DNA from: Amoebidium appalachense
Lineage: Eukaryota > Protista > Ichthyosporea
Direction: 5' to 3'
Assembly (NCBI GenBank): GCA_963693365.1
Contig: CAVNZM010000013.1
Span: 3,562,722 to 3,626,721 of the forward strand
DNA length: 64,000 nucleotides
This document shows positions 26,481 through 40,441 of this stretch, piece after piece (position 1 is the stretch's first letter; each line of letters starts with the position of its first letter). Below the pieces are notes generated by a model. The model was not told where the DNA came from, ran no database searches, and worked only from the letters and a program-made list of their open reading frames with translations. The position numbers and the translations under genes were made by a program.

Positions 26481-27795
26481 ATGGCACAACCACCCCGTAA
26501 GCGTGCCAAGGTGACACTGGAGCCCGAGGTAACTGACTCAACGTCGTATACACCCGAAGTGGACCCACCAGTGTCGCCGGTCCCATCAACCAGTGATTGC
26601 AACCCTTGCCCCACTGTGCCCACAATCCCCGTCTCTCTCCGGTCAAAATGGCCCAGGAATGTCAGTGAGTCTGTGTTTACACATTATGTACTGCAACAGC
26701 GCAGACCCAATTTATGACGTCACCCCCGTGCCGATGGATGCTTTCTCATTCAACCGCAACGACACCTTTGGTTTCCGTCCAAGATTTTCATGGGAAATGA
26801 ATTTCTGTTTCATCATCACCGCATTGGACGGATTAAACTGTGGGCTGATAAAATCCAACGTGCCACCCGTACATCTTAAGCCAACCGGACTGGACGTTTG
26901 GGACCGGATGATTGCTGCCTTAAAGCACCGCGAGAAGCATACAGCAAATATCCGGGCCATTGCACATCGTCTGGCACGGGTGTGGAAGGTAACACGATTC
27001 AGGATTGGGGACATAAATTCAACGGACAAGTTGTTTGATGCGCTTCAATGTGACATTAGCGGTTCGGATTACCTCACGGGTGTCCCGCTGGATGGATCTA
27101 GTCGTCCGCTATTCCGAGACAACGTGGTACCCCCTCACGTAACAATCATAACCGCTACATGCGTTAAATGCACTTGCGTGTGTACGCGTGTGTTGTGTTC
27201 CATCGATGCCGAGCTTCGCACCCGACGTCGCCGTGAAAGGATGGACCACAAGGAGATTTACATTGTCAATCCCATAGAAAACATAGCGGGTACCCATTTC
27301 TTCGATGGAGACTGCACTGAATATGGCAGGGAATTTCAAAGCCCAACCTCGGTTTGCACAACGTGCAATTTCAAGGGTACGGTGCGGGGCAACGTTTTAA
27401 TACTTCCTAGAATTCTCTTCGTCCACATGTCAGTGCAATCCTTGCCGCCTGTTCATGTCATGAATTGCGTAAACTTTATGGGGCGCCAATACCATCTTGC
27501 CTACATTGGTCTTCACAAACCAGGTCACTTTTTCGGTGTGGCACCCGCATTCACGTGGAAAAATGGGAGGCCATATCATCTCCACTGCGACGGTTTCGGA
27601 ATGACCACTGAAAAACCAGACACTGAGCTATGGGAGAGCAACACGGGACCTACCAATGTCTCTGTCCAAATGTCTCGGGAAGGTGGCGAATGCGAAGGCT
27701 GGTGCCCATTATATGTTAAGTTGAATTGGGCACGCATTAAGGATGTGCATCTCAACTTCCAGTGGTGTATGTGCCCGCCCAGGAACCACTGGTAG
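26481..27795 (+). CDS. Putative USP-like (papain-fold) cysteine protease
   Basis: Cys box-like FSWEMNFCFIITAL, Cys pairs CVKC and CTTC, LPRILF, His box-like YHLAYIGLHKPGHFF, then HCDG. A possible first exon from ATG 26481 (PPRKRAK NLS) joins in frame via a 40-nt GT-AG intron (26665-26704, tentative). Confidence 0.55.
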
Positions 27796-28820
27796 GCGTG
27801 GGCTCCCGCAAACTGACGTATGCAAAGTCAACTGTGGATGTAGTGTAGACGACCTTGTGGATATCGGTGTTTTTTTTTTTTTTTTTTGGGCTTTTTTGTT
27901 TTTTTTTGCAGCCAACATGCCATTATCGTTTGAACTGGAATGAAGGACTTAATGCCTGCTCGTATTTAAATACACCATGAATGTGCTGGTTGCATGCTGT
28001 CTGGGTTTATTTCATGTAGGTGTATAAGTATAAGATCAAGATTGAAAATTGTGCCGCATGGAAGATATTTACGAATATAACATGAATAATTGGCTGCTGT
28101 GTATGGTTCTTTAACGTAGTGACAACTAAAACATACAAAATATATATGCTGTCCGCCGGCGGGGGGCCCGGGGTTTTATTCCATGTGAGCGGTACCTAGT
28201 CTATGTAAACCCACTTTAACATTGTGATGTAAGAATGATTAAGAATACAAGATGATTGCGACTAAATCATAATGGTGTATTATGGCTTCTGACTTGAAGG
28301 TAAATGCAATGGCATGATAGTGACATACAAACCACTCATTTGCAACGAGTTGGTAAAATCCTGCTATCACTGGCAGTGGCCATGACATTTTTTCGACCAA
28401 CACACAAAGCAACAAGCTCAGGACACCGTGACCATAATGATTATACCACAACCCCTCCCCCTCCCCCCCCCCCCCCCCCCCTGGTCCCCCCCGAATACAT
28501 CATTTGCACCAAGATGATAAAAAACTGGTAACAGTAGACATGATCTTTTTCCGGCCAAAACATGTCATAAGCTGAGGTCACGACAATGATTGTTTATACC
28601 CCCCCCCCTCCCCCCCCCCCCCCCCCCCCCCCGCACACACTGTGTTTCTCCCACCACGTCATACAAACCCTCTGACCCCCCTGTCACCCAGGGTAGTAGT
28701 AGGGGGGGGGGGTGCATTTTGGCCTGCCCGATATTCCCCCTAGACCAGTCAAATTTGACGACCTGGATTTTAATTAGAGATGACGACACTTTGGCCTGGA
28801 CGACACTTTGGCCTGCAACA
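26871..28820 (+). repeat. Right arm of the inverted duplication
   Basis: Ends in GGCCTGCAACA (28820) followed by poly-G and (AG)n; inverted match to 20214-22140. Confidence 0.85.
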
Positions 28821-28837
28821 GGGGGGGGGGGGGGGGG

Positions 28838-28907
<70 letters not shown>

Positions 28908-29780
28908 ACAAAGAAGGAAAGCAGACACGAATACAAACAAGCTAAGACACATACATACTTCAAGGCTCTTCCTGTCATACATGGTGACGTATTCCAACAC
29001 TGGCACACCGTCACCGATATAAAAGTGTCACCTGCGTACGTGCACACTAGACTAAGTACTCCCATGGCCACCCACCCGTCATGGCGCACGCGCGCACACA
29101 CACTAAGTCTTACACGCAAGTGTGACATGCATGCATGCATGCACGCCCGCAAGCACACACACACACTCCCCGACTACACAATTGCAATACCTACAAACCA
29201 AGCTAAAATCCCGGTTTGCGCAAACACTAATAGCCTGACTTTCTAATGGAACGACTCAGAACTACCCGTAAAGGAACAACCTGCAAACGAACAGTAGTTC
29301 CTCCGGATCCCAGTCGGTACTGTAAGCCATTGGACACCTCCGGAGCCCCCCCCCCCCCCCCCCCCCCCCCCCAAAAGGCCCGCCCGCCGCACGGATGTCT
29401 CTGTCGCAGGATCTCAAAGACGTGGGGTCGCGGTAGTTACCGTGTTGCTCACTTGCTATCAGCAGAAAGCATCAATAGACATGTTTTATCATAACACAAT
29501 CTAGATAGCATATAATAAGTATAATAGTATCGCGATATACTTATTAATATACTACATATTTGATGTTGTCGATTTTACCATAGTGACTTTTGAAATAGTT
29601 TGTTCGCGGGCCGCCGAGCGGTGAGCTGAGCGCCGCCGCCGCCCCCGCGACCCTGGTGCGCATTCCGATGCGGCCTCCCCCCAATCAAAAGACGATCTGG
29701 CCTGAGATATCATATCACAATGTTGTATATCTTTTGGCCCCCTCATATGAGTGATATACGAGCTTTTATCCACTTTTCAT

Positions 29781-30624
29781 AGGTTTTATTTGTGGAAATT
29801 GTTGACATAAATATTTTTCTGGGTAAACACGTAGGATGGGTGTCCGATATCAACATAACCATGTAGGCTTCGAATTCGTTTCATGTTTTAGCAGTTCGCA
29901 TTCGGCTGCCCGCATACGGGCACCTATTAGCCGATCAAAACATCAGATTCCACAGATCACTAGACCGATTTTGATTGGCTCAGGATAAGATTTCACATAA
30001 CACTAGATCGATTTTGATTGGCTCAGTTCGGTAGCCTGAGGTATATAAGCACGACAGTTAAATTAGCAGATCAGCAAGCAACAGACACATCTTCTGTGTT
30101 TAGCACCTACAGCTTTACAGCTATATTTTCTTTTTCACTCTCCCTATCTTTCCCTACGCCGGTCAGCATGCCGCCGAAAAAGCGCCAGGCCGGCAGCCAC
30201 CGCCCCTGCCGCGGCACCTAAGCGCCTGACCCGCAGCGACCTCCGCAACAGGCTGACCAACGCTCCCGCGGACACTGACGCGCCTCCAGCGGCCCATACC
30301 ACCACGGCCCCGGACCCGCCAGCTACTCTCCCCTCCACTCCTCAAGTCCCCCCTCAGGCCCCGCCGTCCCCGCAGATGACTTCTCAAGACGCCGTCCTTG
30401 CCGCCCTCACCGCCATCAGCACCCAGATGGCTGGCGTCCTGGCCGCTCTCACCAACCGCGACCCTCCCGCGCCCCCCGCCGCGCCCTCCGCACCCGGGGA
30501 GGTTTCCCCGGGGCTGCATCTCGGCCCTGACCTAGACCTACCTGCCCTGCCCGCGCCCCCCATCACAGGTGAGAACACTGGCGACATTCAGCCGGGCACA
30601 CTCCCGCTTCCCCCCGCGGATGTG
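29781..30624 (+). mobile_element. Ngaro-like copy 2, 5' fragment (A1 plus gag start)
   Basis: A repeat from 29781; gag is frameshifted near 30190 and cut at 30624 by the CATCAGCAAAC terminus. Confidence 0.9.
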
Positions 30625-32329
30625 CATCAGCAAACTTCCCGGCGGTATTGCCAATATTGTGAGGCTATTATCTATTGCCAATATCGTAAAAATACCAGAT
30701 TAATACTGAAGTAATATCAATTATCCATTGCCAATGTATTGCGAGTAGAGATTTTCTGTGGTAGAGACGCTATAGAAGTGTAATAGAACTGTAATATTGA
30801 CGTAATATCGGCAACATATTTTGATATTATTGTCATACCATGCCGGGTCTACCACCAATAACTATATACCGTATGAGTAATGTACTGGCAATATCTCAAA
30901 ACGCGTGTACGTGTGCCTATTAACAATACAATTTCGATATTGTCAATGTATTTATTCGGTATTATACTATTGCTTGCGGAGTATTGTCAATAAGTTATGA
31001 ATATATAAAATGTAGGATAATTTTGTGTCAAATTATGGTATTGTCCAACGTGGCAAGACTATTGCCAATATATTATGAATGTATTATTCCTGACCATTTT
31101 GGGTTATTGGCAATATACCCAACACATATGTCCCATATGGCCGATACAAACATAACGTCGCTATTGGTTATAGGGTTGTGATATGCTTATAATAGGGTCT
31201 CAATACGGTTCAAATGTATTGCCAATGTATCCGTCACAATATCAAGACTATTATGCACCTATTATCAATAGGTAAAAGCAACCGAAAATATGGGGCGTGT
31301 ATTTTATTGCCAATATATTGGTACAATATTGGGGATGAAAGAACAGGTCACTTTACCTATGTAGTTGCAATATTGTGAATGTATTGCCAACACATGTTCA
31401 ACAAACATGTTCGGAGTGTAGTCCTTGTATGCGCAGTACATTGCTAATACCGTGGTATTAGGGTGGACATATACTGACATTATGTAGATCATATCCTACC
31501 CATATCACATCCATATTAGTAGGACATAAACATGATATAGCAAGAAAACTTTTATCCTATTGCGAATATCTAAGGCACAAGTGGTATTGGCAATGTCACG
31601 AATACATCTATAATACTGTCACCAATACGGACACAGCTAAGGACACCATATATTGGTTATAGTCTCAGTATATACTGCCAGTATGTTCGAATGCGAACAA
31701 ATCATTACGTAGGAGGTACTATCAATATACTACCAGTACCTGTACGATATACACACGTCATATACAATACATTTGCAGTATAATATGGGTGCATTTCCGT
31801 ACCAAGATTGAGAAGGGCAACGGCCATAACAAGTGGTCCTCACGTTTTTAGCACCTCAAAATATAAAAGTCCTTTGTTTTGAACACTGTTCCTGGGGAAG
31901 ATGTTCCCGTGGTCCGTGGTACAAACGTCACCGAACGTCCTACCATTAAACCTTTCACCAGCCTACATCCTGTGTAAGCGGTAGGGTATAAAACTTGAAG
32001 TAGCATAAAGGATAATACAGGAAAGTAATGACAACCCCCCCCCCCCCCCCCCCCCAACCCAACCCAACCCTAAAAAAAATATAAAAAAAACCTGGAGGAA
32101 TAGAGTAAAAATTCTGAAATGCAAATCTAAGAGAACTCGCAGTCCCTACACGCGTCCCCGAGACGCATCAAAGTTTACAGCATCCCCCCCCTCCTCCCCC
32201 TCCATTTTGTTTTAGTCCTATGTCTTTATGCCCCCTTGTTACTTGCAATACTTTTCTTTCTCCGAAACATCCCTCACTCCCCTCACCCCCTTCCCCCCCA
32301 AACCCATCACCACGGACGCTGCCAGTGCA

Positions 32330-32343
32330 ACCACTCACACACA

Positions 32344-32414
<71 letters not shown>

Positions 32415-32418
32415 CAAC

Positions 32419-32465
<47 letters not shown>

Positions 32466-32685
32466 CCACCCACCCATGCATACACGCACACACACAAACT
32501 TCCCCTTCTTCCTCTCAACTCTCTACCCTCTTTTACGTTTCACTGTGTGTTTCCTCTCTCGTTCTAGCACCAGTTTTGCTAACCGTTACAAACTTCACCT
32601 ACTCTTGTTCAAGCCTCGACTGGTTGCTGAAATCACCTCCTTTCCTTGTCCTTTTATGACCCCCCCCACCCCTCCTCCCTCCCCT

Positions 32686-32716
<31 letters not shown>

Positions 32717-32997
32717 CTTCCCGACTGAAGCCTTAGTCTGTACTGAATAATCTCTGTCTTGTGACCCACCCTCTCGTCCTTCACTCCCCCCCCCCCCCCC
32801 CCCCCCCCCCTTCTTCCTGCCCGGTTCCCCCCATACCTGTTCGCCTCGATTACTTGCAGTATTTCTTCTTATCCCTCCCCGATAACTATTAATCCCTCTT
32901 CTCCCATTGATCCTGTTTTGGTCCTGTGTCCCTCTATTCCAATGTCCTTTGCGATGCTTTGCTTCTTTGGCTGCCACCCTCGAATGCACACATCATC

Positions 32998-33035
<38 letters not shown>

Positions 33036-33211
33036 TTCCCTCTCGTTCCAGCGCCGGTTTCACCCATTATGGACTTAACCTGCTTTTGCTCAAGCCTCCA
33101 CATGTCTGAAATTCTACCCCTTTCTCTCGTACTCTTTACCACCCCCCCCCCCCCCCCCCCTCTTGTCCTCCTACTACCCCTCTCCCCCCAACAAAACACA
33201 CACGCACACAG

Positions 33212-33249
<38 letters not shown>

Positions 33250-33390
33250 AACACACACAGCATTCGACACCGTCCAATCTTGTTCTCACCAAGGCATCCA
33301 CATGCTCGCACACAATGCAAAAACATGCACTCCAAAAACATGCACTCACACACACGCACGCACATGCACACCGGGACACACACACACACC

Positions 33391-33458
<68 letters not shown>

Positions 33459-33685
33459 ACACACACACCACGTACACAGACATGCTCACACACACAAACA
33501 CACAACACACACACACACACATACAGAGAGACACACACACATATGCACACACACGGTGCATTTCCTCCCCTCCCCTTCCCTCTCCACAGAGCACACACAC
33601 ACACACACGTGCACACATGCACACACACGGTGCATCCCCCCCCCCCCCTTCCCTCTCAACTGAGCACATACACACACACATACAT

Positions 33686-33724
<39 letters not shown>

Positions 33725-33868
33725 CACACATGCACACATGCACGGACACGAATCCCCCCCCTTGCCCTTCCCTCTCCACCGAGCACAGGCACACATGCAC
33801 AGACATGCACATACACACACACACCACACACGACGCACACAGACATGCACACACAGACAAACACACAA

Positions 33869-33924
<56 letters not shown>

Positions 33925-34389
33925 CACACACACGGTGCATTTCCCCCCTCCCCTTCCCTCTCCACAGAGCACACACACACACACGTGCACACATGCACAC
34001 ACACGGTGCATCCCCCCTCTCCCCCCCTTCCCTTTCAACTGAGCACATACACACACACAGACATACACACACACACAACATACACAGACATCCACACATC
34101 AGACACAGACACGCATACACACACACACACACACACATGCACATATGCACACACAGACACACACACATGCACATGTACACTCACACATGCACACACACAC
34201 ACACGCAAACACGCACACACACATACACATACAGATATGCACACACACACACAGTCTCTCTCTCTTTCTCTCCCTCCCTCCCTCCCTCCCTCCCCCCTCC
34301 CTCCCTCCCTCCCAACCATCCCTCCCTCCCTCCCTCCGTCCCTCCCTCCCTCCCTCCCTCCCTCCCTCCCTCCCTCCCTCCCTCCCTCC

Positions 34390-34434
<45 letters not shown>

Positions 34435-34502
34435 ACACACATGCACATGCACATGCACATGCACATGCACATGCACACTCACATATGCACTCACACACAC
34501 AC

Positions 34503-34539
<37 letters not shown>

Positions 34540-34740
34540 GACATGCACACTCTCTCTCTTTCTCTCTTTCTCTCCCTCCCTCCCTCCCTCCCTCCCCCCC
34601 CCTCCCTCCCCCCCCCCTCCCTCCCTCCCTCCCTCCCAACCCTCCCTCTCCTCCCTCCCTCCCAACCCTCCCTCCCTCCCTCCCTCACACATACACACAT
34701 ACACACACACGTACACACGTACACACGTACACATATAACC
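32330..34740. repeat. Microsatellite-rich region: (CA)n, (CCCT)n, poly-C, with a ~390-bp tandem duplication
   Basis: Direct reading; block CACACGGTGCATTTC...CTCTCCACAGAGC recurs at ~33550 and ~33930. Confidence 0.85.
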
Positions 34741-35068
34741 CTCTCTTCTCTTATGTAGTATCGTAGGAACGCTTGACAAAGGTACTACACGGGTGTTGGT
34801 TGGATGATGACAGTACATGTACCAGTGGGATAGACGCTGTTTACTCCAGGCAATGTACCAGTGTGTCGATTGATTTAGCTAATATTAGATCTATGTTTAG
34901 CTGTGTGTTGTTTTTTCTCCTTTTTGTATTTAAGGCCTGGCCGGCCTCATAAAATGCTATCTAATCTTACTCGAGATCGAGCTTTTTTGGCCTTGAAGGC
35001 CGATCTTAATAAAGTACTGTGAATGTGTCCCCTGATGAAGGACTCTAGTCGATATATCTGCAAAACGA

Positions 35069-35094
35069 CCCCCCCCCCCCCCCCCCCCCCCCCC

Positions 35095-35172
<78 letters not shown>

Positions 35173-36097
35173 AAAACAAACAAAAAAGAAAGAAAAAAAG
35201 AGCGAGAGAATCCTTGTTTCTCGTATGTTACCAGCACGTAAGCAAGTATTTTATTCATTCACAATACATTGTTAGGTATGTGTAGTATATTATGGTGTTA
35301 TTATTTTTTGGTTTACAATATGGTGTCCACATTCCCAATATATCGTTATTGTCGACCAACTACTATGGTAGTGTAATGCTATGATGACAATTTGTGCATG
35401 CGTTACTTATAAGCATCGGGTTTTTTCACTAACTACCCACAGAGTAGCTTCTAGCACGATAAATTCACCACAAATTATAAGGGGAGATGGTGAATGTGCC
35501 CTTGGAGTACGAGGGCCACACGAAAAAAACACAACGTTGTAGCTCGAATAGAACCCCCCTTGTAGCATAGTAATGTACATGTGTTACTTACACATTATTG
35601 GTTTTTTCAATAACTACCCACAGAACAGCTTCTAGCACGAGACATTTACCGCAAAGTTTAGAGGCGTTGCAAATATGGTTTTTGCATGTATTTTGCTTTG
35701 CTTGGTCACTGTGCTATTCTTAATTGACAACCCTCGCCTAGGTAAGTAGTGTTAAAAAATTTATTATTATATTCTTAATGTGCATAGGGAAAGTAGACTT
35801 GAATTTGTACATACCTAAGACGCGGCCACCTGATGAGCCTCATCCGCTTTCCATGAGGCGTGCAAAAACGAATTCACATGTCAGTTGCGCCCGTTAGATA
35901 ATCTCCTTGTGATCACTATGATGACCGTATGGATATTGGTATGTGATCATTATGATGATCGTATGAGGCATAGAATGAGATCACTATGATGATCGTATGG
36001 GGGTATAACTAGCGATCCTTATGGTGGTCGTATGGGGCATATAATGAGATCACTATAATGATCGTATGGGGGTATACCCCCCCCCCCCCCCCCCCCT

Positions 36098-36160
<63 letters not shown>

Positions 36161-36660
36161 AACACAAAAACAAACAAAAAAGAAAGAAAAAAAGAGCGAG
36201 AGAATCCTTGTTTCTCGTATTTTACCAGCACGTAAGCAAGTATTTTATTCATTCACAATACATTGTTAGGTATGTGTAGTATATTATGGTGTTATTATTT
36301 TTTGGTTTACAATATGGTGTCCACGTTCCCAATATATCGTTATTGTCGACCAACTACTATGGTAGTATAATGCTATGATGACAATTTGTGCATGCGTTAC
36401 TTATAAGCATCGGGTTTTTTCACTAACTACCCACAGAGTAGCTTCTAGCACGATAAATTCACCACAAATTATAAGGGGAGATGGTGAATGTGCCCTTGGA
36501 GTACGAGGGTCACACGAAAAAAACACAACGTTGTAGCTCGTATAGAACCCCCCTTGTAGCATAGTATATGTCCATGTGTTCAACCTGGGCATTTTTGGTT
36601 TTTTCAATAACTACCCACAGAACAGCCTCTCGCCCGAGAAATTTACCACAAAGTTTATGG
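35069..36660. repeat. ~600-bp direct duplication separated by a ~32-bp minisatellite
   Basis: 35069-35660 matches 36077-36660; GATCACTATGATGATCGTATGG units at 35910-36070. Confidence 0.8.
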
Positions 36661-38640
36661 GGGGGATGGTGAATGTGCCCCTGGAGTACGAGGGCCACAC
36701 CAAAAAAACACAAGTTTGTAGCTCGAATAGAACCCCCCTTGTAGCATAGTATATGTACATGTGTTACTTACACATTATTGGTTTTTTCAATAACTACCAA
36801 CAGAACAGCTTCTAGCACGAGACATTTACCGCAACTTTTATGGGGGGGATAGTGAATGTGCCCCTGGAGTACGAGGGTCACACGAAAAAAACACAACGTT
36901 GTAGCTCGAATAGAACCCCCCTTGTAGCATAATATATGTACATGTGTTACCTAGACATTTTTGGGTTTTTCGATAACTACCCACAGAACAGCTTCTAGCA
37001 CGAGACATTTACCACACAGTTTATGGGGGGGATGGTGAATGTGCCCTTGGAGTACGAGGGTCACACGAAAAGAACACAACGTTGTAGCTCGTATAGAACC
37101 CCCCTTGTAGCATAGTATATGTCCATGTGTTACCTAGACATTTTTGGGTTTTTCAATAACTACCCACAGAACAGCCTCTAGCACGAGAAATATACCAAAA
37201 CGTTTATGGGGGGGGATGGTGAATGTGCCCCTGGAGTACGAGGGGCACACGAAAAAACCACAACGTTGTAGCTCGTATCGAATCCCCCTTGTAGCATAGT
37301 ATATGTACATGTGTTACCTAGACATTATTGGTTTTTTCAATAACTACCCACAGAACAGCTTCTAGCACGAGAAATTTACCACACAGTTTATGGGGGGGAT
37401 GGTGAATGTGCCCCTAGAGTACGAGGGTCACACAAAAAAAACACAACGTTGTAGCTCGAATAGAACCCCCCTTGTAGCATAATATATGCACATGTGTTAC
37501 TTACACATTATTGGTTTTTTCGATAACTACCCACAGAACAGCTTCTAGCACGAGAAATTTACCACACAGTTTATGGGGGGGATGGGGAATGTGCCCCTGG
37601 AGTACGAGGGTCACACGAAAAAAACACAACGTTGTAGCTCGTATAGAACCCCCCTTGTAGCATAGTATATGTCCATGTGTTACCTAGACATTATTGGTTT
37701 TTTCAATAACTACCCACAGAACAGCTTCTAGCACGAGACATTTACCACAAAGTTTATGGGGGGGATGGTGAATGTGCCCCTGGAGTACGAGGGTCACACA
37801 AAAAAAACACAACATTGTAGCTCGAATAGAACCCCCCTTGTAGCATAGCATATGTACATGTGTTACCTAGACATTATTCGTTTTTTCAATAACTAACCAC
37901 AGAACAGCTTCTAGCACGAGAACTTTGCCACAAAGTTTATGGGGGGGATGGTGAATGTGCCCCTGGAGTACGAGGGTCACACAAAAAAAACACAACATTG
38001 TAGCTCGAATAGAACCCCCCTTGTAGCATAGCATATGTACATGTGTTACCTAGACATTATTCGTTTTTTCAATAACTAACCACAGAACAGCTTCTAGCAC
38101 GAGAACTTTATCACACAGTTTATGGGGGGGATGGTGAATGTGCCCTTGGAGTACGAGGGTCACACGAAAAGAACACAACGTTGTAGCTCGTATAGAACCC
38201 CCCTTGTAGCATAGTATATGTCCATGTGTTACCTAGACATTTTTGGGTTTTTCAATAACTACCCACAGAACAGCCTCTAGCACGAGAAATATACCAAAAC
38301 GTTTATGGGGGGGGATGGTGAATGTGCCCCTGGAGTACGAGGGGCACACGAAAAAACCACAACGTTGTAGCTCGTATCGAATCCCCCTTGTAGCATAGTA
38401 TATGTACATGTGTTACCTAGACATTATTGGTTTTTTCAATAACTACCCACAGAACAGCTTCTAGCACGAGACATTTACCACACAGTTTATGGGGGGGATG
38501 GTGAATGTGCCCCTAGAGTACGAGGGTCACACAAAAAAAACACAACGTTGTAGCTCGTATAGAACCCCCTTTGTAGCATAGTATATGTACATAGTATGTT
38601 ACCTAGACATTATTGGTTTTTTCAATAACTACCCACATGC
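36420..38640. repeat. 183-bp tandem satellite, about 12 units
   Basis: Marker GTGAATGTGCCC recurs at ~36484, 36669, 36852, 37035, 37219, 37403, 37585, 37768, 37951, 38134, 38318 and 38501. Confidence 0.95.
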
Positions 38641-39256
38641 GGCATGTGTTACTTTCACGTTATTGGTTTCCTAGCACGGGATATTCAGCACACAGTTGGG
38701 GATGTGGGGGCAGTGTACACCTCAATATTGGTAAGGTGGTGGTGGGTGGGTTGGGGGGGGGGGGGGGTTGGGGGGGGGGGGTTCCACACAACCGAAACTG
38801 TCGGTGTTACAAGTGGTTCGGTCTTAGGAAGTTAGAACGGTGATTTTTTTTTTTATTAGCGGGAAACAATATTATCCCCATTGCATATGGGGGGAACGAG
38901 GAGGGGGGAGGGGGGGGGGGGGGGGGGGTTTCACAACGAATTCTATCGACTGTGCATAATTAATGTATATTGCACATGTAGCCTGAAAGATTAAAAGTGA
39001 ATGTGTGTATGTATATGTGCGAGTATATTTGTGTATGCAATACATGTACAATGTTTTCGTCTTTGTAGGTGGGTGGGTGGGGTGGGTGGGGGGGGGGGGG
39101 GGGGGGGGGTGCGCGGGGGGGGGAAGAGGGAGGGGGGAGGGGGCATCATGATCAGGGATAACAGGGTGTGTGCGTGTGTGCGCTTGTGTGTGCCTGTGCT
39201 GTGTGTGTTGTGTAGGTGTGCGCCTGTGTGTGTGTGCGTGCCTGTGTGTGCGCGCC

Positions 39257-39288
<32 letters not shown>

Positions 39289-39318
39289 GTGCATGTGTGA
39301 GTGTGTGTGCGTGCGCGC

Positions 39319-39349
<31 letters not shown>

Positions 39350-39702
39350 TGTGTGTGTGATTTCAAAGAAGTCGAAAGCGCCAGTGACACCCATGTTGAA
39401 AAAAAGACAAGCAAGCACGCTAAGTAGGACAGCAAGAAGTAACAGAAACCCTTTCATGCCGAAAAAATGGTCAAGAACAAAGAAGTGGAGGACACGTAAC
39501 TATAGTCTGATAGTTGTGACTAAGGGCACTAAGGGTAGCGCTAAGGGCACCAAGCTGATGCACGCGCGCGCGCGAGCCGAAATCTATTTTTATCTTTTTC
39601 CCAATCTGGCGCGGCGAATAGTGATTGGCTAAATCCCAATCCGGTTTGCAATTTTTTCTCCATTTAAGCCTGTACGCACGTTGTTTGCTCCATTTCTCTT
39701 CC

Positions 39703-39830
39703 CCCTTCCCGCAGGTCCGCAGGTCCTTTCCCGCAGGTCGCCTGGTCGCAGGTCCCTTCCCGCAGGTCGCCTGGTCGCAGTTCCCTTCCCGCAGGTCGCC
39801 TGGTCACAGATCCCCTCCGCAGATCGCGCA
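39703..39830. repeat. 29-bp GC-rich tandem repeat
   Basis: CCCTTCCCGCAGGTCGCCTGGTCGCAGGT, about 4 copies. Confidence 0.8.
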
Positions 39831-40441
39831 GCCACCGTGCTGATTGTTTTGGACCATGCTGCCCTTTGAAGGTTAGTTTTGTGTTGCCTGCTTTTGTGCA
39901 TATGGCGTTTGTCTGTCTGGTCTGTGTCCGTCCTGTGATTATGTCTGTGTCTGTGTCTGTGTGTGTGTGTGTGTATGTGTGTGTGTGTGCGTGCGTGTGC
40001 GTGTGTCTGCTGGCTGCAGATGCACGCTGCCTTTCACGTTCATGAACCAGCGACTGTGGGCACTACTTTTGCTGTTAGCACTATAGCTATCATCCCCTCC
40101 ACCGATCGTTCAAGCTATTTTCTGCTTCTCTAGACTTCATAAGTTCTGGTCCGGGTTTCCGTCCTTACTATTTTTGAGGTTGGTTCTGTCGACTCTTTTT
40201 TTGCCACTCTCAGTCAGCCCCCTCAGTCCCCCCCCCCCCCCCCCCCCCCACTTCTCGCAAGTAGGATGAGCTAATTCTTAGCTCGAGTTCCTTTACAGGT
40301 TTTGGCAAGGTTGGCCCATGAAGTCATCAGCAGCTATAAGGCTACGTTATCATCTAGAGGTGGGTACCGGCTCTTTGTCCTATGGCTGCTGTTGTTTCCG
40401 TTTTTCGTTTCATAGGTGGGTACCGGCTCTTTGTCCTGTTA

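Noticed and set aside
32220-35260. Long ORFs rich in HT/CV/PPPP here and at 14.6-16.2 kb and 50-64 kb
   Set aside because: Translations of (CA)n, (GT)n and poly-C/G tracts, which lack stop codons.
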